Part shown: positions 1 to 9,914 of the stretch, piece after piece
Layout: each line of letters opens with the position of its first letter
Position numbering within the stretch: position 1 is the first letter of the stretch
Source of the DNA: Alphaproteobacteria bacterium
Lineage (GTDB): Bacteria; Pseudomonadota; Alphaproteobacteria; Caulobacterales; Hyphomonadaceae
Reading direction: 5' to 3'
NCBI GenBank assembly: GCA_018969425.1
Contig: JAGWYJ010000014.1
Span: 309 to 64,308, forward strand
Length of the DNA: 64,000 nucleotides
Translations under genes and position numbers: made by a program
Notes under the pieces: model-generated
Database searches by the model: none
The model's input: the letters and a program-made list of their open reading frames with translations, nothing else
What the model was told of the DNA's origin: nothing

Positions 1-747
1 ACAGGCCCGACGGGATGGATTTGGGTTCTCGCGTTTGCAGGCGTCGGGGTATGGTGTGTGTGGCAGGCCTGGCGGGAATGGACGTCTTCCGAAGCGCTTC
101 GCCGCCTGACGGACGTCCCGCCGCAGCAGACGACGGCGCAGGCGGCTGAATTCCCCGGCGCCTGGAAGGGCGGCCCGGTTCCGCTTGAAACGCAGATCGA
201 AAAGCTCAGCGAAGCGGGACTGAGCCTGGCCCCGGGGCGAACCATAGATGAGCTTTTGATCTCTTACCCCCGCGCGGAGTTCGAGGAAGGCGATCCCTAT
301 GGGCTCATCCTTTTCATGTACGGCGTTGAAGTGGAGGCGGAGCCCTGGGGGCGCGTGTTCTGTGAGCGCGGGTGGAATTTCGACATGGAGTGCCTCGAGG
401 AGGCTGGCGATTATGTGCGCGCCTTCGAGGGCATTCTTCGGACAACCGGTCATCCTGAGCTGGCGACGGATATGCATGACGATTTTCGTCCTGGCGCGGA
501 AACCTGCGAGATCCGATATTCGATCCGGGGCCGGACACGTGTGCTGACGGCGAGGATCGACCATGACTGGGCGGACCCCGAGGCCATGGGCGCATTCTTC
601 CGGGACATAGAAGGCGAACTTGCGGACGGCCGTCACTTCTGGGCGGCCGACAATGGGCAGTCCTCGGTCCTGTTTTTCCTCACAGACGCTGAGGCGGCCA
701 AGGTCAACGCACAGCGTGAAGATGTGCTTGTGCGGTTGCACTCCTAG
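1..747 (+). CDS. Hypothetical membrane-anchored protein, 5'-truncated by the window edge
   Basis: Frame 1 is open from nt 1. Nt 1-57 translate to TGPTGWIWVLAFAGVGVWC, a hydrophobic helix continuous with the listed 58..747 ORF, which merely begins at an internal GTG. The C-terminal soluble domain of about 200 aa has no motif I recognise. Confidence 0.55.
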   Translation, partial: TGPTGWIWVLAFAGVGVWCVWQAWREWTSSEALRRLTDVPPQQTTAQAAEFPGAWKGGPVPLETQIEKLSEAGLSLAPGRTIDELLISYPRAEFEEGDPYGLILFMYGVEVEAEPWGRVFCERGWNFDMECLEEAGDYVRAFEGILRTTGHPELATDMHDDFRPGAETCEIRYSIRGRTRVLTARIDHDWADPEAMGAFFRDIEGELADGRHFWAADNGQSSVLFFLTDAEAAKVNAQREDVLVRLHS

Positions 748-1007
748 ACAGGTCGATGCCGATCCGATCCGTCTCGCGGACAGTCGAGGCGTTCGTCAAA
801 ATGGATAAACCCTGTCGGGTCGAACGATGTGCGCCGTCTCCATGGGCGCTGAGAGGGCGCACAAGCGCCCCGTCCGTCGGGCGATCGGTGAGGGTCAGCC
901 GAGCCGTTGATTGGATATATACCTTATTTGTCCAAGTATATCGGATTAATGCTATACGGGCATAAACTTCTTATACATCGGCTACGGATCCAGTTCGTAA
1001 TCCCTTC

Positions 1008-2150
1008 GTGCCCGTCGCCGGGCCCAAGCCCCCAGAGCTTGCGGGGCGCGATGTGATCCTTAACGAGGCGGCCATCGCCCTTCAGAGGGTCATCCATGGG
1101 CGTCACGACCGGTCGCAAATTCTTCTTGGCCTGCGCGGGACAGGGAAAACCGTTCTATTGAACGCCATTGAGACCCTCGCGCAGGCGCATGGCCACATCA
1201 CGTCGTTCATCGAGGCGCCCGAAACGGGTCGCCTCGCTGACCAGCTTTACCCTAAGGTGCATCAGGCGCTGCGTAAGCTTTCCGGTTTTGAAGCTGCGAA
1301 AGCCGCAGCCTATTCCGGTTTGCGCGCCCTCCGGGGCTTTGCCGGGGCGTTCAAGATCAAGATCGGCGATGTGGCGATTTCAGTGGATCCAGAGCCCGGA
1401 GTGGCTGACAGCGGCAATCTCGAGTTTGACCTCGTCGATTTGTTCCAGGCCGTCGGCCGGGCGGCGCAAGCGGCCGGAAGCGGGTGGAGCCTGTTCATTG
1501 ACGAACTCCAGTATCTCGACGAGCCGGAGCTCGCTGCTCTCATTGTCGCCATTCATCGCTCCAACCAGACGAACTTGCCGATCCTCCTGTTTGGAGCCGG
1601 ACCGCCGCAGATCGCCGCCTTAAGCGGCAACGCCAAATCCTATGCCGAACGGCTCTTCAGCTTTCCTCCGATCGGCGCCCTTGACGACGCGTCCGCCCGC
1701 GCAGCCATCCGCCAGCCCATCCAGGAGGAAGGCGAAGACATTGAGGACGTTGCGCTAGCCGCCATCGTACGGGTCACCCATGGGTTTCCCTATTTTCTTC
1801 AGGAATGGGGATATCAGGCGTGGAATGCGGCCGCGTCTTCCCCGATCGCTGAGGGGGATGTCGCGATGGCCTCCGTCAACGCCTTGAAACGCCTGGACGA
1901 GGGCTTTTTTCGGGTGCGTCTGGATCGGCTGACGCCAAAGGAGAGAGACTATGTCGTTGCTATGGCCCGATTGGGCTCCGGCCCCTACCGCTCAGCGGAT
2001 GTCGCCGACGCTTTGGGTGAAAGCGTGCAATCACTGGGTCCTCGCCGCGCCTCGATCATCAGCAAGGGAATGATCTATAGCCCTGCGCATGGCGACATCG
2101 CTTTCACTGTGCCGATGTTCGACGATTTTCTGAGACGAACCTTCTCCTGA
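1008..2150 (+). CDS. Stand-alone AAA+ ATPase (ORC/Cdc6-like, Arch_ATPase/AAA_16 type) with a C-terminal winged-helix-like region
   Basis: GTG start. Motifs: N-terminal 'LAGRDVILNEAAIAL', Walker A 'GLRGTGKTVLL', Walker B 'LFIDELQ', C-terminal 'LTPKERDYVVAMARLG'. A visibly AT-rich stretch lies upstream (about nt 905-1000). Confidence 0.75.
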   Translation: MPVAGPKPPELAGRDVILNEAAIALQRVIHGRHDRSQILLGLRGTGKTVLLNAIETLAQAHGHITSFIEAPETGRLADQLYPKVHQALRKLSGFEAAKAAAYSGLRALRGFAGAFKIKIGDVAISVDPEPGVADSGNLEFDLVDLFQAVGRAAQAAGSGWSLFIDELQYLDEPELAALIVAIHRSNQTNLPILLFGAGPPQIAALSGNAKSYAERLFSFPPIGALDDASARAAIRQPIQEEGEDIEDVALAAIVRVTHGFPYFLQEWGYQAWNAAASSPIAEGDVAMASVNALKRLDEGFFRVRLDRLTPKERDYVVAMARLGSGPYRSADVADALGESVQSLGPRRASIISKGMIYSPAHGDIAFTVPMFDDFLRRTFS

Positions 2151-2324
2151 GCCGACCTGTGATTTGGCCTCGACAGGCGTTCCGGATCGCATCGCGGAGA
2201 TAGGGGGGGCTTCCCACCATCTGGGAAGTAGCGTGTGGGTTCGTCTGGCATGGTCGGGCGATCCCTCGACGCGCCTTGCTCTGAGGGCATGGATCATAAA
2301 GAATCAAAAATGACACTTTATGAA

Positions 2325-2350
2325 TAAATGAGCACTTAAAAGCTCATTTA
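2325..2350. promoter_or_regulatory. Perfect palindrome in the AT-rich hipBA promoter; candidate HipB operator
   Basis: The sequence is TAAATGAGC-ACTTAAAA-GCTCATTTA, with 9-bp arms and an 8-bp spacer. It lies about 90 bp upstream of the hipB ATG, inside an AT-rich segment (about 2290-2436). Confidence 0.5.
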
Positions 2351-2436
2351 AGCTTTGTTGTTGAATATTGACGTCGTATCCATAACGCTTCATATAAAAT
2401 CCCTTAAAGCGTATTGGGCGACCCAAGAGATCGAAA

Positions 2437-2799
2437 ATGAACCGAAATGAGATTTCAGATCTATCCTCGGTCGAGGCCTCCCTGCGGGTTGTGGGGGACA
2501 GGCTGTCGAGAATACGCCTGAGCCGAAACATGACCCAGGCGAGCCTGGCCCGGGAGGCGGGCGCCTCCCTCAGCAGCGTCAAGCGGCTGGAGGCGGGAGA
2601 AAATGTCTCGCTCGACACCTTCATCCGCGTCCTGACGGCGCTCGGCCTGATCGGGCATCTGTCCGCCTTCCTTCCCGACCCCCAGGTCCGGCCCATCGAG
2701 CGGGTGAGGCGGGACGGCCGCGAACGACAGCGGGCGCGCGGCTCCGCGCCCATCGTCAGGGCGACGGATTGGGCCTGGGGTGAGGACGATCCGGCATGA
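2437..2799 (+). CDS. hipB: XRE-family HTH antitoxin HipB
   Basis: HTH motif 'NMTQASLAREAGASLSSVKRLEAGENVSLDTFIRVL'. The stop overlaps the hipA start (ATGA at 2796-2799). Confidence 0.85.
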   Translation: MNRNEISDLSSVEASLRVVGDRLSRIRLSRNMTQASLAREAGASLSSVKRLEAGENVSLDTFIRVLTALGLIGHLSAFLPDPQVRPIERVRRDGRERQRARGSAPIVRATDWAWGEDDPA

Positions 2800-4115
2800 C
2801 GGATGCGACGGTCCGCCTGTGGGGCAAGGCTATTGGCGCGGTAAGCTGGCTGGCGGACCGAAACGTCGGCGTGTTCCAGTATATGCCGGATTTCGCTCAG
2901 AGCGGCATCGAGCTGGCCCCGATCATGATGCCCCTTGGCCTCAATCCTTACGAGTTTCCCGGCCTGTCTCGGCCGGCGTTCAAAGGCCTGCCGGGCCTGC
3001 TGGCCGACTCGCTGCCGGACAAGTTCGGCAATGCGCTGATCGACGCCTGGCTGGTCTCGCAGGGGCGTGCGGCGGACAGTTTCAATCCGGTGGAGCGCCT
3101 CTGCTACATCGGCGCACGCGGCATGGGCGCGCTCGAATTTCATCCGGCGATCCTGAAAGGCGTGCGCACGTCCAGACGTCTGGAGATTGATGCGCTCACG
3201 CGGCTCGCCAATCAGGTTCTGAACAATCGGACCCATCTGGCGGGTGTCCTCAGAGGCGACGACGACAGAGACACGCTTCAGGAGATCCTGCGGGTCGGGG
3301 TCTCGGCGGGCGGCGCGCGCGCCAAGGCGATCCTCGCCTGGAATGCGCAGACGAATGAATTCCGTTCAGGCCAGGTCGAGGCTGGCGAAGGCTTCGGCCA
3401 CTGGCTTATGAAGTTTGACGGCGTCTCGAACAACAGCGACAGGGAGCTGGCCGATCCTCGGGGGTTCGGGCGGATCGAATATGCCTTTCATCTGCTCGCA
3501 ATCGCCGCCGGGGTCGATATGAGCGAGTGCCGTCTCCACGAGGAGGGCGGTCGCGCGCATTTCATGACCCGCCGGTTTGATCGCAGCGCTGCAGGCCATA
3601 AGCTGCACATGCAGTCGCTGGCGGCGCTTCGCCATTACGATTTCAATTCCGCAGGCGCCTACTCCTACGAGCAGGCGGTAGAGACCGTGAGGATGCTGGG
3701 ACTGCCCGCCTGCGACATCGAGCAACAATTCCGTCGGGCTGTCCTCAACGTGCTGATCCGCAACCAGGATGATCACGTCAAGAACATCGCCTTTCTGATG
3801 AACCGGAAGGGAGAGTGGCGCCTCTCCCCCGCCTTCGACGTGGCCTACGCCTACAACCCCGACGGACTGTGGACGAGCCAGCATCAGATGAGCCTGAACG
3901 GGAAGCGGGATCATTTCGAGATGGCTGATCTCGTAACCTTTGGCGGCTATTGCGGTCTGAAGCCTAAAAAGGCGGAAGGGATTATCCGCGATATGCGCGC
4001 AGAGGTCGATAAATGGCCTAGTTTCGCTGAACAGGCCGGCGTTCCGAAGAGGGAGGCCGTCCTGATACTCGAGGCCATGCGACGGGAGATCGTGATCCCT
4101 GTCCGGGGATCCTAG
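2796..4115 (+). CDS. hipA: Type II toxin HipA serine/threonine kinase
   Basis: 439 aa. N-terminal HipA-type region ('VRLWGKAIGAVSW...'). Kinase core has catalytic-loop-like 'VLIRNQDDHVKNIAFLM' and 'LSPAFDVAYAY'. Translationally coupled to hipB. Confidence 0.9.
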   Translation: MTDATVRLWGKAIGAVSWLADRNVGVFQYMPDFAQSGIELAPIMMPLGLNPYEFPGLSRPAFKGLPGLLADSLPDKFGNALIDAWLVSQGRAADSFNPVERLCYIGARGMGALEFHPAILKGVRTSRRLEIDALTRLANQVLNNRTHLAGVLRGDDDRDTLQEILRVGVSAGGARAKAILAWNAQTNEFRSGQVEAGEGFGHWLMKFDGVSNNSDRELADPRGFGRIEYAFHLLAIAAGVDMSECRLHEEGGRAHFMTRRFDRSAAGHKLHMQSLAALRHYDFNSAGAYSYEQAVETVRMLGLPACDIEQQFRRAVLNVLIRNQDDHVKNIAFLMNRKGEWRLSPAFDVAYAYNPDGLWTSQHQMSLNGKRDHFEMADLVTFGGYCGLKPKKAEGIIRDMRAEVDKWPSFAEQAGVPKREAVLILEAMRREIVIPVRGS

Positions 4116-4117
4116 GC

Positions 4118-4139
4118 GACGCCTCGCCCGGGCGGCGTC
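4118..4139 (+). terminator. GC-rich hairpin immediately after hipA; no clear U-tract
   Basis: GACGCC-tc-GCCC/GGGC-GGCGTC stem, starting 3 nt after the hipA TAG. Confidence 0.35.
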
Positions 4140-4365
4140 CTGTGCGTGCGCGGTCCGGCGCTAAGATATCCGGTTTAAAGCCGGGATCCGCCCTTAGCCG
4201 CGCCCTGTGCGCGGTTAACCAGGCCGGCAGGGGAGGTCGCGAGAGTTAAGCTTGGATCGATTGTCGGTTGAGGATCGCGCGCTTTACCTTTCAGCTCGGC
4301 CCGTCTAGGTCCCAACCCCGATGCGCCGTCGGCCCTCCGACTGGCGTTTGAAAGAGATGACGGCC

Positions 4366-5370
4366 ATGTCCGGTTCGAGTTTGTTGGGGGCGACGCCTGC
4401 GACGGTCGCCCTCGATGCGTCCCTTGAGGCGTATGCGCGGCGCTTTCGCGACCGGCCGGGACGGGCGAAGCCCTTATCGCCCCAGCTGCGCCGCCTCGAG
4501 GCGGAAAGCATCTTCATCATGCGAGAAGTCGCCGCCAGCTTTGAGAAGCCGGTGATGCTCTATTCGATCGGCAAGGATTCGAGCGTGATGCTTCATCTGG
4601 CGTTGAAGGCCTTCTGGCCCTCTCCTCCGCCCTTTCCCTTCCTGCACGTCGATACGACCTGGAAGTTTTCGGAGATGATCGTCTTCCGGGACCTGATCAT
4701 GAAGAAGCTGGGGCTCAACCTTCTGGTTCATGTGAACGAGGAGGGATTGCGCCGGGGGATCAATCCGTACGCATCGGGATCGGGACTGCATACCCAGGTG
4801 ATGAAAACCGAAAGTCTTCGTCAGGCGCTCGACGCCCACGGCTTTGATGCGGCCTTCGGCGGAGCGAGGCGCGACGAGGAGAAGTCGAGAGCCAAGGAGC
4901 GCATCTTTTCCTTTCGATCCCAGTCTCACGGATGGGATCCGAAGAACCAGCGCCCGGAGCTCTGGACCTTGTACAACACCCGCAAGGCGCCGGGAGAATC
5001 GATCCGGGTCTTTCCGATCTCGAACTGGACCGAGCTCGACATCTGGTCCTACCTCGCCGAGGAGGAGATCCCGATCGTTCCGCTGTATTTCTCAGCCCAG
5101 AGGCCGACGATCGAGCGAGGCGGGCAGATCTTCATGGTCGACGATGATCGCACGCCCCTTGCGCCCGGAGAGGCGCCGCAGATGCGCGGCGTGCGGTTTC
5201 GCACGCTTGGCTGTTATCCCCTGACCGCCGCAGTCGAGAGCCCGGCGGCAGATATCGATGCGGTCATCGCCGAGATGCTGACGGCGACGACCTCCGAGCG
5301 GTCGGGTCGGCTGATCGATCATGACGAGAGCGGATCGATGGAGAAGAAAAAGCGCGAGGGGTATTTCTGA
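4366..5370 (+). CDS. cysD: Sulfate adenylyltransferase subunit 2
   Basis: '[39 protein letters not shown]...[10 protein letters not shown]' matches the CysD PP-loop family. The start is ambiguous: in-frame ATGs at 4321, 4357 and 4366. Confidence 0.9.
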   Translation: MSGSSLLGATPATVALDASLEAYARRFRDRPGRAKPLSPQLRRLEAESIFIMREVAASFEKPVMLYSIGKDSSVMLHLALKAFWPSPPPFPFLHVDTTWKFSEMIVFRDLIMKKLGLNLLVHVNEEGLRRGINPYASGSGLHTQVMKTESLRQALDAHGFDAAFGGARRDEEKSRAKERIFSFRSQSHGWDPKNQRPELWTLYNTRKAPGESIRVFPISNWTELDIWSYLAEEEIPIVPLYFSAQRPTIERGGQIFMVDDDRTPLAPGEAPQMRGVRFRTLGCYPLTAAVESPAADIDAVIAEMLTATTSERSGRLIDHDESGSMEKKKREGYF

Positions 5371-7283
5371 TGACCTCGGCCCTCAACGCCCGCCATCTCG
5401 CCTCTGCGGACAAGGGGCTTCTGCGCTTCATCACCTGCGGGTCGGTGGACGATGGAAAGTCGACTCTGATCGGGCGTCTTCTCTACGATACGCGCCTGAT
5501 CTTCGAGGATCAGCTGGCGAGCCTCCAGATGGAGTCGGCGCGCCGCGGCGCGCGCGGCGGCGGCATCGACTTCTCCCTTCTTCTCGACGGACTGGAGGCC
5601 GAACGCGAGCAGGGCATCACGATCGATGTGGCCTACCGCTTCTTCGCGACTGGCCGGCGCAAGTTCATCGTCGCCGACACGCCCGGTCATGAGCAATACA
5701 CGCGCAACATGGCCACCGGCGCCTCGACCGCCGATCTCGCCGTCATTCTCATCGATGCGCGCAAGGGCGTGCTCGTTCAGACCCGGCGCCACACCTTCAT
5801 CAATCACCTCCTCGGCGTGCCGCGCATTGTTCTGGCGGTGAACAAGATGGATCTCGTCGGCTACTCTCAGGCCCGCTTTGAGGAGATCGTCGCCGACTAC
5901 ATGGCGATGGCCGCCGGTCTCGGGTTCAAGAGCGTGACCCCGATCCCTCTTTCGGCCCTTGAGGGGGAGAATGTGATCGCCCCGTCTGCGCTCATGCCCT
6001 GGTGGACGGGCGAGAGCCTTCTGGGTTTTCTCGAGGAGGTTGAGGTCGAGGATGCGCGCCTTGCCTCGGCGATGCGCTTTCCCGTTCAGTGGGTGAACCG
6101 TCCCCATCTCGACTTCCGGGGATTTTCCGGAACCCTCGCCTCGGGCGCGCTGGCTCCCGGCGATCCGGTGGTTGTGGCGCGATCGGGCAAGACCTCGAAG
6201 ATCCGCGCCGTCGTGACCGCAGACGGCGACCTCGACCGGGCTGAAGCGGGCGACGCCGTCACGCTTGTCCTCGAGCACGAGATCGACATTTCGCGCGGAG
6301 ATATTCTGTGCGCTCCCAGTGCGCGACCGACGGTGGCGCGTCAGTTCCTCAGTCATGTTCTGTGGATGCATGAGGACGAGCTTCAGCCGGGCCGGCCATA
6401 TCTTCTGAAGATGGGCGCGCAGAGCGTCCAGGCGGTTGTCTCGGCGGTTCGTCACCGGCTCGACATCAACACGCTGTCCCCGGCGCCGGCCGAGACCCTT
6501 GAGCTCAACGGCATGGGTCTTTGCGAGATCACCACCCTGCAGCCGGTCGCCTTCGACCGCTACCGGGACAATCGCGAGACCGGCGCCTTCATTCTGATCG
6601 ACCGCTTCTCCCATCAGACGGTCGCCGCCGGCATGGTCGAGGCCTCGCTCCAGAAGGCGACCCATGTCTATTCCCAGGCCATGGACGTCTCCAAGCCCGC
6701 CCGCTCCGTGCTCAAGGGGCATAAGCCGGCCGTGCTCTGGTTCACCGGGCTTTCCGGAGCGGGCAAGTCGACGATCGCCAGTCTGGTCGAGCGTCGTCTC
6801 TCGCTCATGGGCGCTCACACCTACTCCCTGGACGGGGATAATATGCGCCAGGGTCTCAACAAGGATCTCGGCTTCTCGGATGCGGATCGCGTGGAGAACA
6901 TCCGGCGTATCGGGGAGGTGGCGCGCCTGTTCGTGGACGCAGGGCTCATTGTCACCGCCTCCTTCATCTCCCCCTTCCGGGCCGAGCGCGACATGGTCCG
7001 CTCCCTTCTTGAGCCGGGCGAGTTCATCGAGATCTTTGTCGATACGCCCCTTTCGGTCGCCGAACAGCGCGATCCCAAGGGCCTGTATCGTCGCGCCCGC
7101 GCCGGAGAGATCGGGAACTTCACCGGCATCTCCTCGCCCTATGAGCCTCCGGTCGATCCCGAGATCCGCCTCCTGGCAGGCGAGGGCGATCCGGCCGCGC
7201 ACGCGGCGACCGTTGTCGAGTATCTCAGAATAGCCGGCGTCCTCGCGCGTGCGGAGGACGCCCCGCTCGAGTTCAGCATCTGA
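5370..7283 (+). CDS. cysN: Bifunctional sulfate adenylyltransferase subunit 1 / adenylylsulfate kinase (CysN-CysC fusion)
   Basis: GTPase motifs '[15 protein letters not shown]', 'DTPGHEQY' and 'NKMD'. The C-terminal APS-kinase P-loop is '[14 protein letters not shown]'. TGATG overlap with cysD. Confidence 0.92.
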   Translation: MTSALNARHLASADKGLLRFITCGSVDDGKSTLIGRLLYDTRLIFEDQLASLQMESARRGARGGGIDFSLLLDGLEAEREQGITIDVAYRFFATGRRKFIVADTPGHEQYTRNMATGASTADLAVILIDARKGVLVQTRRHTFINHLLGVPRIVLAVNKMDLVGYSQARFEEIVADYMAMAAGLGFKSVTPIPLSALEGENVIAPSALMPWWTGESLLGFLEEVEVEDARLASAMRFPVQWVNRPHLDFRGFSGTLASGALAPGDPVVVARSGKTSKIRAVVTADGDLDRAEAGDAVTLVLEHEIDISRGDILCAPSARPTVARQFLSHVLWMHEDELQPGRPYLLKMGAQSVQAVVSAVRHRLDINTLSPAPAETLELNGMGLCEITTLQPVAFDRYRDNRETGAFILIDRFSHQTVAAGMVEASLQKATHVYSQAMDVSKPARSVLKGHKPAVLWFTGLSGAGKSTIASLVERRLSLMGAHTYSLDGDNMRQGLNKDLGFSDADRVENIRRIGEVARLFVDAGLIVTASFISPFRAERDMVRSLLEPGEFIEIFVDTPLSVAEQRDPKGLYRRARAGEIGNFTGISSPYEPPVDPEIRLLAGEGDPAAHAATVVEYLRIAGVLARAEDAPLEFSI

Positions 7284-7368
7284 TGTTTGGCGCGGCGCTT
7301 GCCACGTCCGGCCGCATGATCTAACCGAAGCCTCCGCCGGAGGGTCCGGCTGTCGCGGGACGTTCCGG

Positions 7369-8025
7369 ATGCTGAGCCCCGAAGCCGTGATCGTTGCCGG
7401 AGCGGCCGGGATGTCGTCTCTCGGCGCCCTGTTCGCCGCCTTTGCCGCCTCCCGGGCCCGGGCGCTCGCAGACTGGTTTGTTCTTCTGGCGGGCGTCGTT
7501 CTTTCTCTCGGCGTGCTCACTCATCTTGCGCCTGAGGCGCTCAGCCTCCGATCCGACGGGTGGGCGTTCATCTGTCTCGGGGCGGCGTTCGGCGGCCTGA
7601 CCGAGCTTCTTGTTCAGAGACGCAAGGCGAAGATGGCGGATCCCGCGCGTCTCGGCGCCTGGGTCTCCCTGGGCGCCCTGATGCTCCATTCCACACTCGA
7701 CGGGGCGGCCTACTCCGCCTCATTCGGCCATTCCGAAGTGTCCGGCATCGTGGCGGGAACCGGTCTTATCCTCCATGAGGCGCCGGAGGGCGTGGCCGCG
7801 ATGCTGCTCGCTCTTCAGACGGGACTGAGATCCTCGATCGCTCCTCTGGCGGCCCTTGTCGCGTCCGCGGCGACAACCCCTCTCGGCTGGGCGCTCGCCC
7901 ATGGTCTCGGAGAGCGGGCCCATGGTTCGATGGAGATCATGTTCGCCCTGTCAGCCGGATTGCTGACCTATGTGGGCCTTCGTCTGCTCGTCTCCGGCTG
8001 GCGCGCCGTCCGGGCGCGGACCTGA
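7369..8025 (+). CDS. Short ZIP-family (ZupT-like) metal transporter
   Basis: Polytopic membrane protein with 'LHSTLDGAAY' and 'ILHEAPEGVAAMLLAL' (ZIP HxxxDG / HExPEG-type motifs). ATG at 7369 was chosen over the upstream non-hydrophobic extension from 7249. Confidence 0.6.
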   Translation: MLSPEAVIVAGAAGMSSLGALFAAFAASRARALADWFVLLAGVVLSLGVLTHLAPEALSLRSDGWAFICLGAAFGGLTELLVQRRKAKMADPARLGAWVSLGALMLHSTLDGAAYSASFGHSEVSGIVAGTGLILHEAPEGVAAMLLALQTGLRSSIAPLAALVASAATTPLGWALAHGLGERAHGSMEIMFALSAGLLTYVGLRLLVSGWRAVRART

Positions 8026-8078
8026 AGTCTCCCGCCTGTCGCAGACCAGGGGAAGGTGCTAGATCGGCGCCGTCGACG

Positions 8079-8756
8079 ATGACGGCGTCCTGTCAGGAGG
8101 ATGAGGGTTTGGAAGAGGTCGTTCTCTACGAGTACTGGCGTTCCTCGGCGAGCTATCGGGTGCGCATCGCTCTGAACCTCAAAGGGCTTGCCTGGCGCAG
8201 CGTCGACGTCTCCCTGCTCAAGGGCGACCAGACCCGTCCCGAGCATCTGGCCCGTCACCCCTCCGGTCGGGTGCCGATCCTCGAGATCGACGGGCGCAGG
8301 ATCGGTCAGTCCATGGCCATGATCGCCTATCTGGACGAAACGCGTCCCGCCCCGCCGCTTCTGCCTCACCATCCCGCTGATCGGGCGTATGTGCGCGATC
8401 TGACCGATCAGATCATCGCCGACATTCATCCCCTCAACAATCTCTCCGTCCTCGATCGTCTCCGCTCCCAGTTCGGCGCCGACGATGAGGCGATCGCCTC
8501 CTGGTACCGTCACTGGATCGTTCGCGGGTTCGGCGTTCTCGAGCAGATGCTGCCGTCCGCAGGCGGAGTGTGCTTCGGGGATGTCCCCACTCTGGCGGAC
8601 ATCGCCCTTGTCCCTCAGGTGGCCAATTCCCGTCGTTTCAATGTGGATCTGTCGGCTTTTCCCAACATCGCCCGCATCGACGCGGCGCTGCGGGCCCATC
8701 CGGCCTTTCAGGCGGCGTCTCCGGAAGCCCATCCCGCCGCCCGGTCGCCGGGGTGA
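8079..8756 (+). CDS. maiA: Maleylacetoacetate isomerase (zeta-class GST)
   Basis: 'LYEYWRSSASYRVRIALNLKGL...RVPILEIDG' is typical of MaiA. A TTG at 8109 sits 8 nt after AGGAGG (8095-8100) and may be the true start. Confidence 0.85.
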   Translation: MTASCQEDEGLEEVVLYEYWRSSASYRVRIALNLKGLAWRSVDVSLLKGDQTRPEHLARHPSGRVPILEIDGRRIGQSMAMIAYLDETRPAPPLLPHHPADRAYVRDLTDQIIADIHPLNNLSVLDRLRSQFGADDEAIASWYRHWIVRGFGVLEQMLPSAGGVCFGDVPTLADIALVPQVANSRRFNVDLSAFPNIARIDAALRAHPAFQAASPEAHPAARSPG

Positions 8757-8880
8757 GGCGTCCGATCCTGCGGCATCCTCGATCCTCGCTCTCGCGCCGG
8801 CTCTCGGCTACAGTCCGACTCGTTCCTGTCGCGTGCGCGGATGACCGCGCCGCCCGATCCAGAAAGCCGGAAGTTCCGCC

Positions 8881-9885
8881 ATGAAGCTCGCCTCTCTGAA
8901 GCATGGTCGTGACGGTCGTCTTGTGGTCGTCTCCCGCGATCTGACGCGCTATGCGGACGCCTCCCACATCGCACCGTCCCTGCAGGCGGCGCTCGACACG
9001 TGGAAGCGCTCGGCTCCGCGTCTGGAGACGCTGGCCGGCGAGGTCGAGCTCGGATCTATCCCCACCGAGCGCTTCCGGGAGAAGGATTGCGCCTCTCCGC
9101 TTCCGCGCGCCTATCAGTGGGCGGATGCGTCCGCTTACGTCAATCATGTCGACCTGGTGCGCCGGGCGAGGGGCGCTGAGATGCCGCCCGAGTACTGGAC
9201 GGATCCTCTCATCTATCAGGGCGGCTCGGACGTCTTCCTCGGGCCGCGCGATCCCCTGCCGCTGGGAGCGGAGGACTGGGGCTGCGACATGGAGGGGGAG
9301 GTCGCCGTGGTTTGCGGGGACGTTCGCGCCGGCGCGGATCGGGATCAGGCGGGACGCTCAATCCGTTTGCTCATGCTGGCCAACGATCTCACCTTCCGCA
9401 ATCTCATTCCCGCCGAGCTCGCCAAGGGGTTCGGGTTTTTTCAGTCCAAGCCTCCGGGAAGTTTCTCGCCGGTCTGCGTGACCCCGGACGAGCTGGGGGA
9501 GGCCTGGGACGGCGCGCGTCTTCACGGAACCCTGCATGTCAATCTCAACGGCCAGCCTTTTGGACGGGCGCATACGGGGATCGACATGACGTTCGATTTC
9601 CCGACCCTCATCGCGCATGCAGCGCGCACCCGCGCGCTCAGCGCCGGCACGATCATCGGTTCGGGCACCGTCTCCAACCGGGGACCTGAGGGCGGTCCGG
9701 GTCTGCCCGTCTCAAGAGGCGGCGTAGGGTATTCCTGTATCGCTGAGCAGCGCATGGCGGAGATCCTTCTCGACGGCGCGGCGCGCACATCCTTCCTGAA
9801 AGCGGGGGATCGTGTAGAAATCGAGATGCTCGACGAGCGGGGACGCTCCATCTTCGGACGCATCGATCAGACGGTCGAAGCCTGA
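8881..9885 (+). CDS. Fumarylacetoacetate hydrolase (FAH) family protein
   Basis: 'MKLASLKHGRDGRLVVVSRDL...' is an N-terminus typical of the roughly 330-aa bacterial FAH family. Lies next to maiA. Confidence 0.8.
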   Translation: MKLASLKHGRDGRLVVVSRDLTRYADASHIAPSLQAALDTWKRSAPRLETLAGEVELGSIPTERFREKDCASPLPRAYQWADASAYVNHVDLVRRARGAEMPPEYWTDPLIYQGGSDVFLGPRDPLPLGAEDWGCDMEGEVAVVCGDVRAGADRDQAGRSIRLLMLANDLTFRNLIPAELAKGFGFFQSKPPGSFSPVCVTPDELGEAWDGARLHGTLHVNLNGQPFGRAHTGIDMTFDFPTLIAHAARTRALSAGTIIGSGTVSNRGPEGGPGLPVSRGGVGYSCIAEQRMAEILLDGAARTSFLKAGDRVEIEMLDERGRSIFGRIDQTVEA

Positions 9886-9914
9886 GATCGTCCGCCGGGC
9901 GCAGGAAAGGGTTG

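Noticed and set aside
2304-3236. 310-aa minus-strand ORF
   Set aside because: It is antisense to hipB/hipA, and its 5' end runs through the AT-rich promoter. It has no motifs. The plus-strand genes are clearly real.
5319-7520. 733-aa ORF on the minus strand
   Set aside because: It lies entirely antisense to cysNC. Its Arg/Gly/Ala-rich, low-complexity translation is typical of antisense frames in high-GC DNA, whereas the plus-strand product has unmistakable CysN/CysC motifs.
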